DNA from: Balanoglossus misakiensis
Taxonomy: Eukaryota; Animalia; Hemichordata
Assembly: GCA_040954595.2 (NCBI GenBank)
Contig: CM082595.2
Coordinates: forward strand, 2,048,635 to 2,112,634
Direction: 5' to 3'
Length of the DNA: 64,000 nt
In this document: positions 1 through 10,100 of the stretch, in pieces
Layout of the letters: every line of letters begins with the position of its first letter
Numbering within the stretch: position 1 is the first letter of the stretch
Notes under the pieces: generated by a model
What the model saw: only the letters and a program-made list of their open reading frames with translations
What the model was told of the DNA's origin: nothing
The model's database searches: none
Program-made: the position numbers and the translations under genes

Positions 1-740
1 CTTCCCAGAATTTCCCCGACCAGATGCTTTGTCGGGCGATGCTTTCCCAGACTGAATAGAGTCTCTCCCAGATTTTAAACGAACAGAATCACTACCCGGT
101 GTTTTTCCAGACATGGTGGAGTCCCTTCCGGATTTTCCACGAGCCGGTTCATTCTCGGACGCTTTTCCAGATTGGACGGAGTCTCTCCCAGAATTTTGAC
201 GAGCAGATAAATTGCCAGAAACTTTCTCAGACTTGATGGAATCCGTACCAGAATTCGCACGATCGGATTTACTCACTGATGCTTTCCCAGACAAAATAGA
301 TTCCTTCCCAGAATTGCCACGAACGGGTGTTTTGTCAGGCGATGCTTTCCCAGACTGGGTGGAGTCTCTCCCAGATTTTAAACTGACGGATGAACTACCC
401 GGTGCTTTTCCAGACATGGTGGAGTCCCTTCCGGATTTTCCACGATCAGATGCTTTCCCAGACTGGATAGAATCTCTCCCAGATTTTAAACTAACGGATG
501 CACTTTCCGATGTTTTTCCAGACATGGTGGAGTCTCTCCCAGAATTTCCACGAGCTGATACACTTCCAGATGACCTTCCAGACTTGATGGACCCTTTCCC
601 AGAGTTTCCACGAACGGATTTTCTCTCCGAAGCAGAAGCGTTTCCAGAATGAACTGAATCCTTCCCGGAATTTCCACGAACAGATTCTGTTCCCGATGCT
701 TTCCCAGATCGGATGGACTCAGTCCCAGATTTCACGCGAA
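1..740 (-). repeat. Degenerate coding tandem repeat of about 60 bp (20 aa)
   Basis: Recurrent motifs such as ttcccaga, gagtctctcccaga and tttccacga at about 60-nt spacing, with the reading frame preserved. Confidence 0.85.
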
Positions 741-1938
741 CGGAAATGTTGTCCTTCGCAGATTCTCCACGAACGGACACATTGTCCAACGATTTCCCAG
801 ACAGAGCAGAGTCTCGGCCCGCTTTCTCGTGAATAGATGCATCGTGTGATATTTTCCCCGACTGAACAGAGGTTTTCCCAGATATCCCACCAATAGATGC
901 GTCATCCTTGTCAGAGATGGGACTCGCTGATTCTTTTCCATGCCCTGATCCAGTCTCAGATTCATTTCCAGATTCAGGGGGAACTTCGCCGGATTTTTGG
1001 CCAGATTCTTTATCCTTGGTCGTTTCCTTCTTTCCCGGGTCTTCCCCCGGTTCATATACAGACACCGACTCGCTCTCCAGTTCTCCCTCACTTCTACTTC
1101 CAGGATCGAGTCCAGAAGCAGACCTCTCCTTGGATTTCTTGTCAACAGGTGTGTACAGATCGTGGGGATCGACCAACTCTAAGAGATCCTTCACGTGATC
1201 GTTCATCTTTTTCTTTCTCAACACATCGGACAGTGCGTTCTCTTCGTCAACTTTGAGTTTTCCTCGCCGTTTCATCAAGACATCCCGTTCACAAGCCTCT
1301 TCCAGGGCCATTTTCCCATCCAGGAACCGCCTGATTGTTCGGTCGTGGTTTTGTTTTCTAGCGAGCGAGGCAAGACCTCTGGCTTTCAGCAACTCGTCAG
1401 ATTCCGCCGGCCAATCGAACTCGCCACTGTCGTCCGAATCTTCCCCTTGCAGCGGCTCATCTCGAAGACGTTTGTGTTCTTGCTTCAGTTTTGCGACCAG
1501 TTCTTCCAAGGACTCGGTTTTATCCGGGTCCCAATCACGGACAACCCTATCCTCTTCGGTCAGAGCTCTGACCCATCGCTTTTTCGTCGACTCGGCGGTC
1601 GATTTCGAGTCCTGCTTGTCGAGCCAGTGCAACTTGAAAAAGAAGTCCTTCAATTCCTGTCGCCGCAGTTTCTTCAAGAGAAATTCCTGTTCTGCCTTCA
1701 GCATATCCGTCATTTCATCGACATTGTCTTTAGAATATTGGATTTCCTCTTTGTATTTCCCAACCTCGCGTATTTTCATATCCAACATTTCGTCCGCTAG
1801 GATCTGGTCTTTCACGACCATCCAATCCGCTTTGAGGTGTGGGCTCCACCCTGGTTGTAAAATCTTCTCACTGCCGGCGCCCGGTTCGCTGACGTCAACT
1901 TTGGGGACTGACGGCGCAACAAGGAGAGTGTTTCCCAT
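1..1938 (-). CDS. Uncharacterised repeat-containing protein, at least 646 aa, 3' end beyond the window; charged N-terminal region followed by about 20-aa S/G/K/R-rich tandem repeats
   Basis: Manual translation of the minus strand from ATG 1938 (MGNTLLVAPSVPKVD...LKKLRRQELKDFFFKLHWL...) is stop-free to base 1. From about 860 downward it reads as repeats such as GRDSTMSGKTSESASVSLKS and GRDSIQSGKASPDKASGRGNS. An in-frame TAG lies upstream at about 2000. The plus-strand ORFs here are antisense shadows. Confidence 0.8.
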   Translation of the reverse strand, partial: MGNTLLVAPSVPKVDVSEPGAGSEKILQPGWSPHLKADWMVVKDQILADEMLDMKIREVGKYKEEIQYSKDNVDEMTDMLKAEQEFLLKKLRRQELKDFFFKLHWLDKQDSKSTAESTKKRWVRALTEEDRVVRDWDPDKTESLEELVAKLKQEHKRLRDEPLQGEDSDDSGEFDWPAESDELLKARGLASLARKQNHDRTIRRFLDGKMALEEACERDVLMKRRGKLKVDEENALSDVLRKKKMNDHVKDLLELVDPHDLYTPVDKKSKERSASGLDPGSRSEGELESESVSVYEPGEDPGKKETTKDKESGQKSGEVPPESGNESETGSGHGKESASPISDKDDASIGGISGKTSVQSGKISHDASIHEKAGRDSALSGKSLDNVSVRGESAKDNISVRVKSGTESIRSGKASGTESVRGNSGKDSVHSGNASASERKSVRGNSGKGSIKSGRSSGSVSARGNSGRDSTMSGKTSESASVSLKSGRDSIQSGKASDRGKSGRDSTMSGKAPGSSSVSLKSGRDSTQSGKASPDKTPVRGNSGKESILSGKASVSKSDRANSGTDSIKSEKVSGNLSARQNSGRDSVQSGKASENEPARGKSGRDSTMSGKTPGSDSVRLKSGRDSIQSGKASPDKASGRGNSGK

Positions 1939-2563
1939 CGTGGATAACGTATATACCTCTTGGATTCCAGAACCAGAAATACTCTGAGAAATGGTGACCT
2001 ACATATCTGCGTAATTCTGACCCAAGTTTGCCAACGTTGATTGTTTTGCCCGGACACGAACGATATGCGTTCTTTTGAAAAACCGAAAATCAATATCATT
2101 GACGCGATGCCGACTTGTATTCTTCTCACAAGGGAAAGAGAAAAAAACCGGCTGAATAATTACTGTGTATATTGATAGTGTTTACTTGTAAGGAACCCTT
2201 GAGCCAGTGAATAATCCACGGACGATCATATTGATTTTAGCAAGTGGGGACAACTTTATTTAGATTTTGGATGGGTATGATCACAATTATTGAATATCAG
2301 CACTGAATTTTCAAATTCAGTACCGATTTTGAAACAAACACATTTTTTTCTTCATTCCCTTCCAGTGTTATTTTTTTTATTTTCCCTAAAATAGATACAA
2401 AGAATTAATCTCTCCACATGAAATGAATAAATTCTCGATCAAAAGAAAGAATTATAACTGTGAAATCATTTATATCTCTCACATATATTTTGAAGAATAT
2501 ACATACACCCCTATATTATCCCAACTGTAAAAATGTCAGACTTTTAATGTTCTTGTGAGTTGT

Positions 2564-3874
2564 TCACAACTTTGAACTTGAAGCGCCACCATTCTTGTCC
2601 CATTCAATAGCTTCTTTGAGACATTTCAACACCAGTTCCACTTTCTCCTTGGTGGCATTCTCACCCATCAACCCAATACGCCAAACCTTTCCAGCAGATG
2701 GCCCTAAACCCCCAGATATCTCCAACGCATGCTTCTTCATGATATAACCAGTTACAGCCTTCCAATCCACACCCTCTGGTACGCAGACTGTGTTGACGGT
2801 GGGAAGTCTCCAATCCTTGTTTTTCACCAACATCTGCATGCCCATGTCTCCGACGCCCTTCTGCAGCAACTGTGCGCATTCCTGGTGTCTGGCCCAGAAA
2901 GATTCCAAACCCTGCTCTGCTAAGATGGCCAGTGCCTCTCTCAAAGCGTAGATACTGCTGATTGGAGCTGTGTGGTGGTACATCCGTGGTCGTTCCTCAC
3001 ATCCCCAGTAGTTTCCCAACCATCCCATGTCAAAGTAGAAGGATGACACCCTTGTCTTCCTGTTGGCCATTTTGGTTCTTGCTCTTGGTCCAAATGTGAT
3101 GGGTGCTGCACCTGGTGGAGCGCTCAGACATTTCTGAGATCCGCTGTACACGACATCAAGATCTAATTCGTCAACCAATAGGGGCACAGCGCCGAGAGAA
3201 GCCACTGCATCTACTATGAGAATACAGTTATACTTGGCACACAGTGGACCAATCCCCTCCAGAGGCTGCATTATCCCGGATGAAGATTCACTGTGACACA
3301 GGTACATTGCTGCTGGCCTGTGTTCCTTTAAACCCTTTTCCACATCTTCCAGGGAGAATACTTCTCCTAGAGGTTTGGTGATCTGCTTAACAACTGCACC
3401 ATATCTATCAGCGATGTCACCAGCTCTTTCTCCCCAGATTCCCTTGACTGCAGTGAGGAACACCTCACCTGGTTCGACGATATTGGCAATGGATGCTTCC
3501 ATCCCGGCGTGACCAGTACCACTGATAGCCAAGGTCAACTCATTCTTGGTCTGGAAGGCATACTTGAGACCAGCTTTGACTTCATCCATGATCGTGCAAA
3601 ATTCAGGGTGGAGATGCCCTAATAAAGGCAGTGCACTTGCCTCAAGCACCCTTGGTGACGCATTCGAGGGCCCAGGCCCCATAAGAGTCTTTCTGGGGAC
3701 ATGAATTGGCTTCAGAAGTTCGGCAGGCGGCTGAGACAAGCGTGGATTGGCCATTTTGCAGGACGCTGTGTAGATAAAGCGCCCTCTTTGATTGATGGCA
3801 AGACCTTTGACACGGCTTGGTAATAGAGTACGAAATGATGCCCCATACGCTCGCGATAAAACTGCATTCGCCAT
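2564..3874 (-). CDS. AGXT: Alanine--glyoxylate / serine--pyruvate aminotransferase (PLP-dependent, class V)
   Basis: 436-aa uninterrupted ORF with AGT motifs LMGPGPSN, LGHLHPEF, ISGTGHAGMEA, HSESSSG, VDAVASLG, YSGSQKCLSAPPG (PLP lysine), MYHHT, ISGGLGP and WRIGLMG. 40-aa Arg-rich, acid-free leader; second ATG at 3754; C-terminal SKL (PTS1). Confidence 0.97.
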   Translation of the reverse strand: MANAVLSRAYGASFRTLLPSRVKGLAINQRGRFIYTASCKMANPRLSQPPAELLKPIHVPRKTLMGPGPSNASPRVLEASALPLLGHLHPEFCTIMDEVKAGLKYAFQTKNELTLAISGTGHAGMEASIANIVEPGEVFLTAVKGIWGERAGDIADRYGAVVKQITKPLGEVFSLEDVEKGLKEHRPAAMYLCHSESSSGIMQPLEGIGPLCAKYNCILIVDAVASLGAVPLLVDELDLDVVYSGSQKCLSAPPGAAPITFGPRARTKMANRKTRVSSFYFDMGWLGNYWGCEERPRMYHHTAPISSIYALREALAILAEQGLESFWARHQECAQLLQKGVGDMGMQMLVKNKDWRLPTVNTVCVPEGVDWKAVTGYIMKKHALEISGGLGPSAGKVWRIGLMGENATKEKVELVLKCLKEAIEWDKNGGASSSKL

Positions 3875-4008
3875 TACCTGTTAACTTGAGCAGTTCCCAG
3901 ACCTTCGTACTTCGAGCACTCGTTACTCTTACAGTCTAACACAGTGCAAATACAGTTTGATCACCGAAACGCAGCAGTAAAAGCAAGTCACTCCCACCAC
4001 TCCGGCCA

Positions 4009-4057
4009 ACGACCTATTGACCACCTTACATCCGGGGACCTTTGCTTATCAAGGTCA
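4009..4057. promoter_or_regulatory. Cluster of nuclear-receptor-like half sites upstream of AGXT (possible proximal promoter)
   Basis: Minus-strand TGGTCAATAGGTCG and CAAAGGTCC, plus plus-strand AAGGTCA, 135-180 nt upstream of the first ATG. Motif match only. Confidence 0.3.
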
Positions 4058-5006
4058 CTCCGGACACGCGGTGACAGGTGCAAAAATGATAGAAGTGACT
4101 TATTTTCATCTTTATCTTCATCTTTAGGTTATACATCAATCATAGAATTGCCATTATGAGAAATTGACATAAGCGACTTTATCAGTGAAGGGCATAGGGA
4201 TGAAAAGTATGCACACAATGATGAATTTATCCAAATCCCCTTGGAAGCCAAAGCTATGCCTCAAATATGTTCATGCTTATTACATGTACTTTCGTCGTCT
4301 TTCTGGTAGCTTTGAAATATTGTCTGATGGTTTGAACTTTTTCTCCAATCTTTTGATAATATTTGACACTGCTGAAATCCGTTTTGGAAAGTTAAATTTG
4401 CAGTATATGTACTTTTGTTTTTCTCGAGTCTTGTTTGTTGGATGCGTAGCCGGTAGCAACATATAGGCCTGCCACTCAGAGCCAGAGAACTACATCGCCG
4501 TGACAGATATTTTCTATAAAGTCATGACTATAAATGCACAAAGAAAACAAGGTTTTATACGGTTCTCACACATGCAACTATCTGAGCTGTGTGAGAAAAT
4601 ACTAGTAGCAAACATACCATAGACAAGGCAAGCACAACTGATAATGGTTTGTCATTTCGACATGATCAGGTCAGTACTTAAATAGGCCACGTGCATAAAT
4701 TAGTGTACACCTGGTCTGTTTCCTGTGTCGATCGAGTCACAACACGTGCGTCAATGTTGCGCTACAGGCAAGGGGTACATATCACTGGCTAAGTTTCCAA
4801 ACTGTTACCTGACCAGGCTAGAGTTCCGACAACTGTTACCTGGAAATTATCTGCACGTGTGTACATGACTGACATGTACAAAACGGAGGTGCCCGTTTCA
4901 GCCGAAAAAATAATGTCGACGGCGAAACCAGGCTTACTATATCTGACGCAGAAAGCTGGGGCTACAGTAGAAATTCCCTCGAAAAGTCTTTAAGAGGTGT
5001 ACTTAC

Positions 5007-5100
5007 TCGTAAATCCTATAAGTTCCACGCACAGACGATACAAATTTGATTCCAGCGCCCATCTTGGCAGACGTCCTGGTACTCTAATCTGATTGGACGA
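5007..5100 (-). promoter_or_regulatory. Candidate distal AGXT promoter and non-coding first exon
   Basis: Minus-strand CCAAT (gattgg at about 5091-5096), locally CpG-richer sequence, and a consensus donor CGA|GTAAGT at 5007/5006. Confidence 0.35.
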
Positions 5101-7159
5101 GGAGTATTGCTGCGTATCCTTCCTCGTATATTTTTGAATAATTAATTATCTCATTATCAGCTACGCCCCTAGAGCTAGATCGTTAACTTATAGACGATTA
5201 GCATTTTCGGAAAGCAGTTTGTACCTTCATCCGTGTTCAAAGCAACGGAGTGGAAACTCTCAATATGTACTATGCTTACACCTGGGTCCTTGGTAAGACA
5301 CAGTAAAGCCAGAAGACTATGAAAAGGTAAGGTAAATTATGTTCATATTACTGTTGGTATATGTCTAATTGCAGGTTTCTTTCAAACGGAGAAAAAACAT
5401 TTAGGGTAGGGCAGATTGACAAGAAAACGGGTCAATTTTAGTTTCTTGGCCGAAAGTGTTGTGGGGCAAACAAAAGAAGAGACTACATCTAATAGAGAGG
5501 GCGCTGTGAGAAATACAGCAGATGTTCAATGTAATAAACCTGATGTATACTTTAAGTGTATTTATTGTTGTGAATTTTCATTTTCCCCCCTATAATAATG
5601 ACATTTTTGAATGAAACATGTGAATAAAACTGCAATGGTACAGAAGCTTTGTTAACAATTTAAATAAAAGACAAATTGCAGGGTTAAAAATGTGAGCAAA
5701 TAAAAATCATGATCTAAATTAAAAGATTTCTTTGCTGCTTAATCACTGAAGCATTCACAGCAAAAACTTCCCTTACACAATTTAAAGAGTCATGGAACAC
5801 AAATGGAATTCTATAATGCAGTTTTATGCAAAACAAATTATGCATGATTAACCTGTTTAAAATCGATAAAATACTAGAAAAGTTAATACACTTATTAAAA
5901 ATATTTTCAATGAGCTTCAATTGGTTGGCACAGTCCCTCCAAAGAATGCACTCCGACCTTGTCTGGAAAGACTGTGGTTGGCATCACTAAATATATAAAG
6001 CCAAATTTGGCAGCAGTTTACGTTATATTGCATACATTTACATAGCTTCGCATAGTGTTTCAAAATTATACTACAAATTATGCAAACTCATCAACTCGAA
6101 AATATAAAAGATCATCCAATTTCAATAATATTTTATGGAATGTTCAATGTCATTTCTGCTCCAACATGATGAAACTAAAATTCAGACCAAAGTGAGTTTC
6201 TAAACGGAAGCAAAAACGATTTTGAGTAGTAAAAGCAGGTGATAATTTGTTAACAATTGATAGTTTCAACCTTTGATCAAGGAAAGTTGTACATAGACCT
6301 GTATAAATATAGGCATAAATATTTACTAATAATGGCGAAGTATTTCCTGAGTTACGAGAAAGATGTGGCAACCAAAAGGAATGAAATGGCAGTAGGGCTT
6401 TTATCAATTTTTTTCAGAATACAATGTCCTGCCAATGAATTAATACAACTGTATAACAAACTCTGCCAGAACAGTCAAGCAATTGCTTGATGATGATTTG
6501 GTTAACTTTGATTTCTATACAGAAAATACATCTGGCAAAAATACAATAGTTTTTTGACAATCCCGACCCAAACCTAGTCAGTAAGGGAAATCAGCCTGTT
6601 TGCTTTCCAAAGGCACATGTCTCTGTCACTAAAATTGTCATGGATTAATGAAAGATATATTTGCAAGGAGAGTTTAGATGTGACGAAAATACACACACTA
6701 CAATATACATTGTTTTATGGTGAGTTTGTCCAGAGATTTGATTTACAAAAATATATCCATGGAGGAAGACTAAAAAAAGTGATAGTTTCCAACACTTTTC
6801 CTGGAAAGTGTGTCATGATTATCAAAAAGTGCCATGTTTTAATAGTTCTGTGTGGAAGATTTTTTCAGCAAGACATGCGTGGCATTCGACTTCTTCAGCT
6901 ATCTTGTAAACTACTTCTCCAGATGATAAAATGACCTTGTATAAAAGGACAACTGAAAACATCAGAACCATCGGGTAATATTAGGTATCATTCAAATCTG
7001 AACAGGTTAATTGTACGATGCCCTTTGAAGTTTCCATGCTTTACAGGATAATCATTTGACCTTTCACATTGGGGTCAAAGTTCATGATTAGACAAAATCT
7101 CTCGGTACATGGTCTTTTCTCTAATATCTCCAGCAAGATTCGAACTGTCTGATTTAAAC

Positions 7160-10100
7160 CTATTTTCCCATGGACTCCCACATCTGTAAAAAAGATAAAA
7201 AGAAATTTATCAGACACACTCAGACTGATAACAATATTATGGAAATGCAATGAGATATCATATATCCACTTTGCTTTCTCTGACTTTTCTTTACTTTCCG
7301 TAACTTTACTTTATAAATATATGAAAGAAATTAAACATTCCTTGATAATCTGAGAAACTTTATTCTTGCATCTACTATCTATGATTACTTTTATTAGAAA
7401 TCATACAAAATTTTACAACATTTAAAATACCACATTAATATGTGAAAGCAAGACAGCATTCCACATATAATTACTAAAGTCATTTATTGGACTAACCTTT
7501 GCCCTTTGTAAAACAGCCTGTCTTGGTGATGACTGGTTATTTGATGTGCTTTTCTGATCTGCAGTGTCTCCCGTTGATGCTTTGTCAAATACTGGGCAGT
7601 CAAAATATTCTTCTTCTTCATCTTCACCTTGGATATTCTCCATGGAAACGGCCACGCCTTCCTCGGCATCGTCAATCTGATTCAGAATTTTATCCAGCTG
7701 TGTATTCACTTGGCATAATTCATCCTCCGTTTGAGAGATTTCTAAATCAGTGTCTTTGATAATATTGTCTATTTTCTTCTTCTCTGATTGTTCCCTACAT
7801 TGCAATTTCTTGTCTCTGCATTGAAATGAAAGATATATAAAGAAAAACATTAGCAATGATCATCCAAACATAATAAGGTATTGTGCTCAAAAGATGATTA
7901 AATACACAACTTACTTTAATTCCAGTTTATGACATCTGAGGTCTGACAACATTCTGTTCAGATGTGACTTCTCAACCTGCAGTCTCTCCTGCTGAGACTT
8001 CAGTCTGTGGACATGGCTTAGTCGTCGCTGTATTCTCACTTTTTCAAGAAAGGAATTTTCCGTTGTTTCTTGTACATTCCTGTTCTTGTCTTGTTTGTTT
8101 CCTGCGAGAAAAAAACAATATCTTTTGAAGACATCAACAACTTTAGAATGGTTACCAAGTCATCTTTCTTCCCAGCAGGTGTGAAGCAGATGCCATCGGA
8201 CACACACCAGTGACTGACCCATCACACTCACACTGGTACAAAACAGTTTCTCATCATTTTCAAAAGAAGTGTCAGATCTCGACAGAACCGACACTCAGAT
8301 AAGCCACACATCTCAAAAGCAGTGTCTAATTCACATCCCTTCCAACAATGGCCTGACTAACTAACCATGCTTCAAAAAGCCTTGCTGGGAGGAAGGGGTA
8401 CAACCCCTAGGCATTCTGTCCTGTAAAGGTCACCTTCCTCGAAGCCAGCCAATAAATGCTACCTGTTGACAAGAACATTCCCTATACTCCAGGGAGAGGG
8501 TACAATATCTGAACAGAGATATTACAATATTATCTTGACTGTTGTTATTGGCTCATGCCATGAATAAAGCAGTCTACCACACAACTGACACCACCTCTGC
8601 TATGTGCACACATGTCTGGATTAATAGTACCACTCTCATTGTGGTAATAGGTCTACTCAATGGTTCAATCCATTCAAAGTATACCCAAGGTAATACGTAT
8701 AATGAATACTAAGTACGCACAGCGTATGCTCAGTCAGCACTGGGGAAAATAAAGTTTTAACACAACTGGTGTAAACTTAACTTTATATTTCAAGATTAAA
8801 GCAATAAAGGCTGTCAGTTTCAGTCTTTTCTTCCAAGATTTGTGATCTGTGTTGTACTTTATTTTATCGTAATATATACTAAAATGTTACCCTGGAAACA
8901 CAATCACTATTCATTACCTTTTATATAAGAATGTTCAATGAATCCTAGCAATGGACATGTTATTGTTTTATAATCTGAGTAAATCAGTGCTATATTTGTC
9001 ACTGTCAATAAAAACAAAGTGAAGCTTATCTGAAGTGACACAGCGACTGAGATGAGTTTTTTATTTATTGTCTTGGTATAATCGTTTGAACAATGAGTAC
9101 ATTTTAGCAGGTAAACCTCGACAACCAATTTAAGACAGTTGCTAAGTCTGTTTGTATCTCTTTTCGTGATTTGCTACAAGTAAAAACCAATATAAGAGGG
9201 ACATTATGAGAGATTATACTGAAGTGTCGAGCAGTTACATGGGCAGGGAATCGGAGACCTATCTCAGTTTGTGAATTATTTTTGCCAGGTTGCATGAGCA
9301 GACTCATGAACAGTTCACTGAGGACTGACTTTGTGTGCACAGACTTTGTAAATTTGCACAGACAGTCAAAGTTGTGGAATTTCAGAAAAACCCTTGACTT
9401 TTTTTAACTGTGTCCAGTCAACTGTTGAGTGACGAAGTAAAGTGTCCGTGAACTAATGTGTATGAATTAGGCCACTAGGTCATTGCTGTTGAATCTGCCA
9501 CGAATCCGCCTTGGTCTTGTACCATGCCCTGACCTACATCAATAAGTGCAGTCTAAGCTGACACGTGTATGCAAAAGCTATCCATCTCTGTCAAGTTCAA
9601 GCAAATCAGACTGACAGATGTCGATAGTGTTACAAGTTTGCAGATGGTCTGTGGTCAGGGATGCCTAAACTGTACATGTATGACTTTTCTGTCCATCGTT
9701 AGAAACCAATACATGTCATATCAAAGTAAATTAGAAACGTTAAGTAATGGAGAGAAAAATGGGTGAAAATGTTGTACCACATTTAGTGGTTACATATCAC
9801 AGGTTGTGCGCATGACATTGAAACAGCATAATGGTTTTCACAAGCAGGAAGTTTTGAATGTTGTGTTTTGTTAAGCTAAGCTAAATCTCCTGTCAGTGAA
9901 AACGATCTGTCGGGAGTTGCCCCAGGTCTTGCATTTATCTTTACACCCTTTTCGTCTGTTCTGTGAGCCAACTTCACATTCTCATCACATATCCTGAAGC
10001 AAGCAGACCACACATTTTGACAGAGGCACAAAACCCAATGTGTACACTTCACCAATCCATCATGTGAGGGTACAAAACCCCCACCGGCCGTAGACAAGCT

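Noticed and set aside
212-1987. Long plus-strand ORFs (146, 201 and 244 aa)
   Set aside because: Antisense shadows of the uninterrupted minus-strand ORF; Ser/Phe/Pro-biased and fragmented.
7041-7250. 69-aa ORF as the last AFAP1-like exon
   Set aside because: Wrong frame. The phase-0 junction gives MWESMGK*, which matches the family C-terminus.
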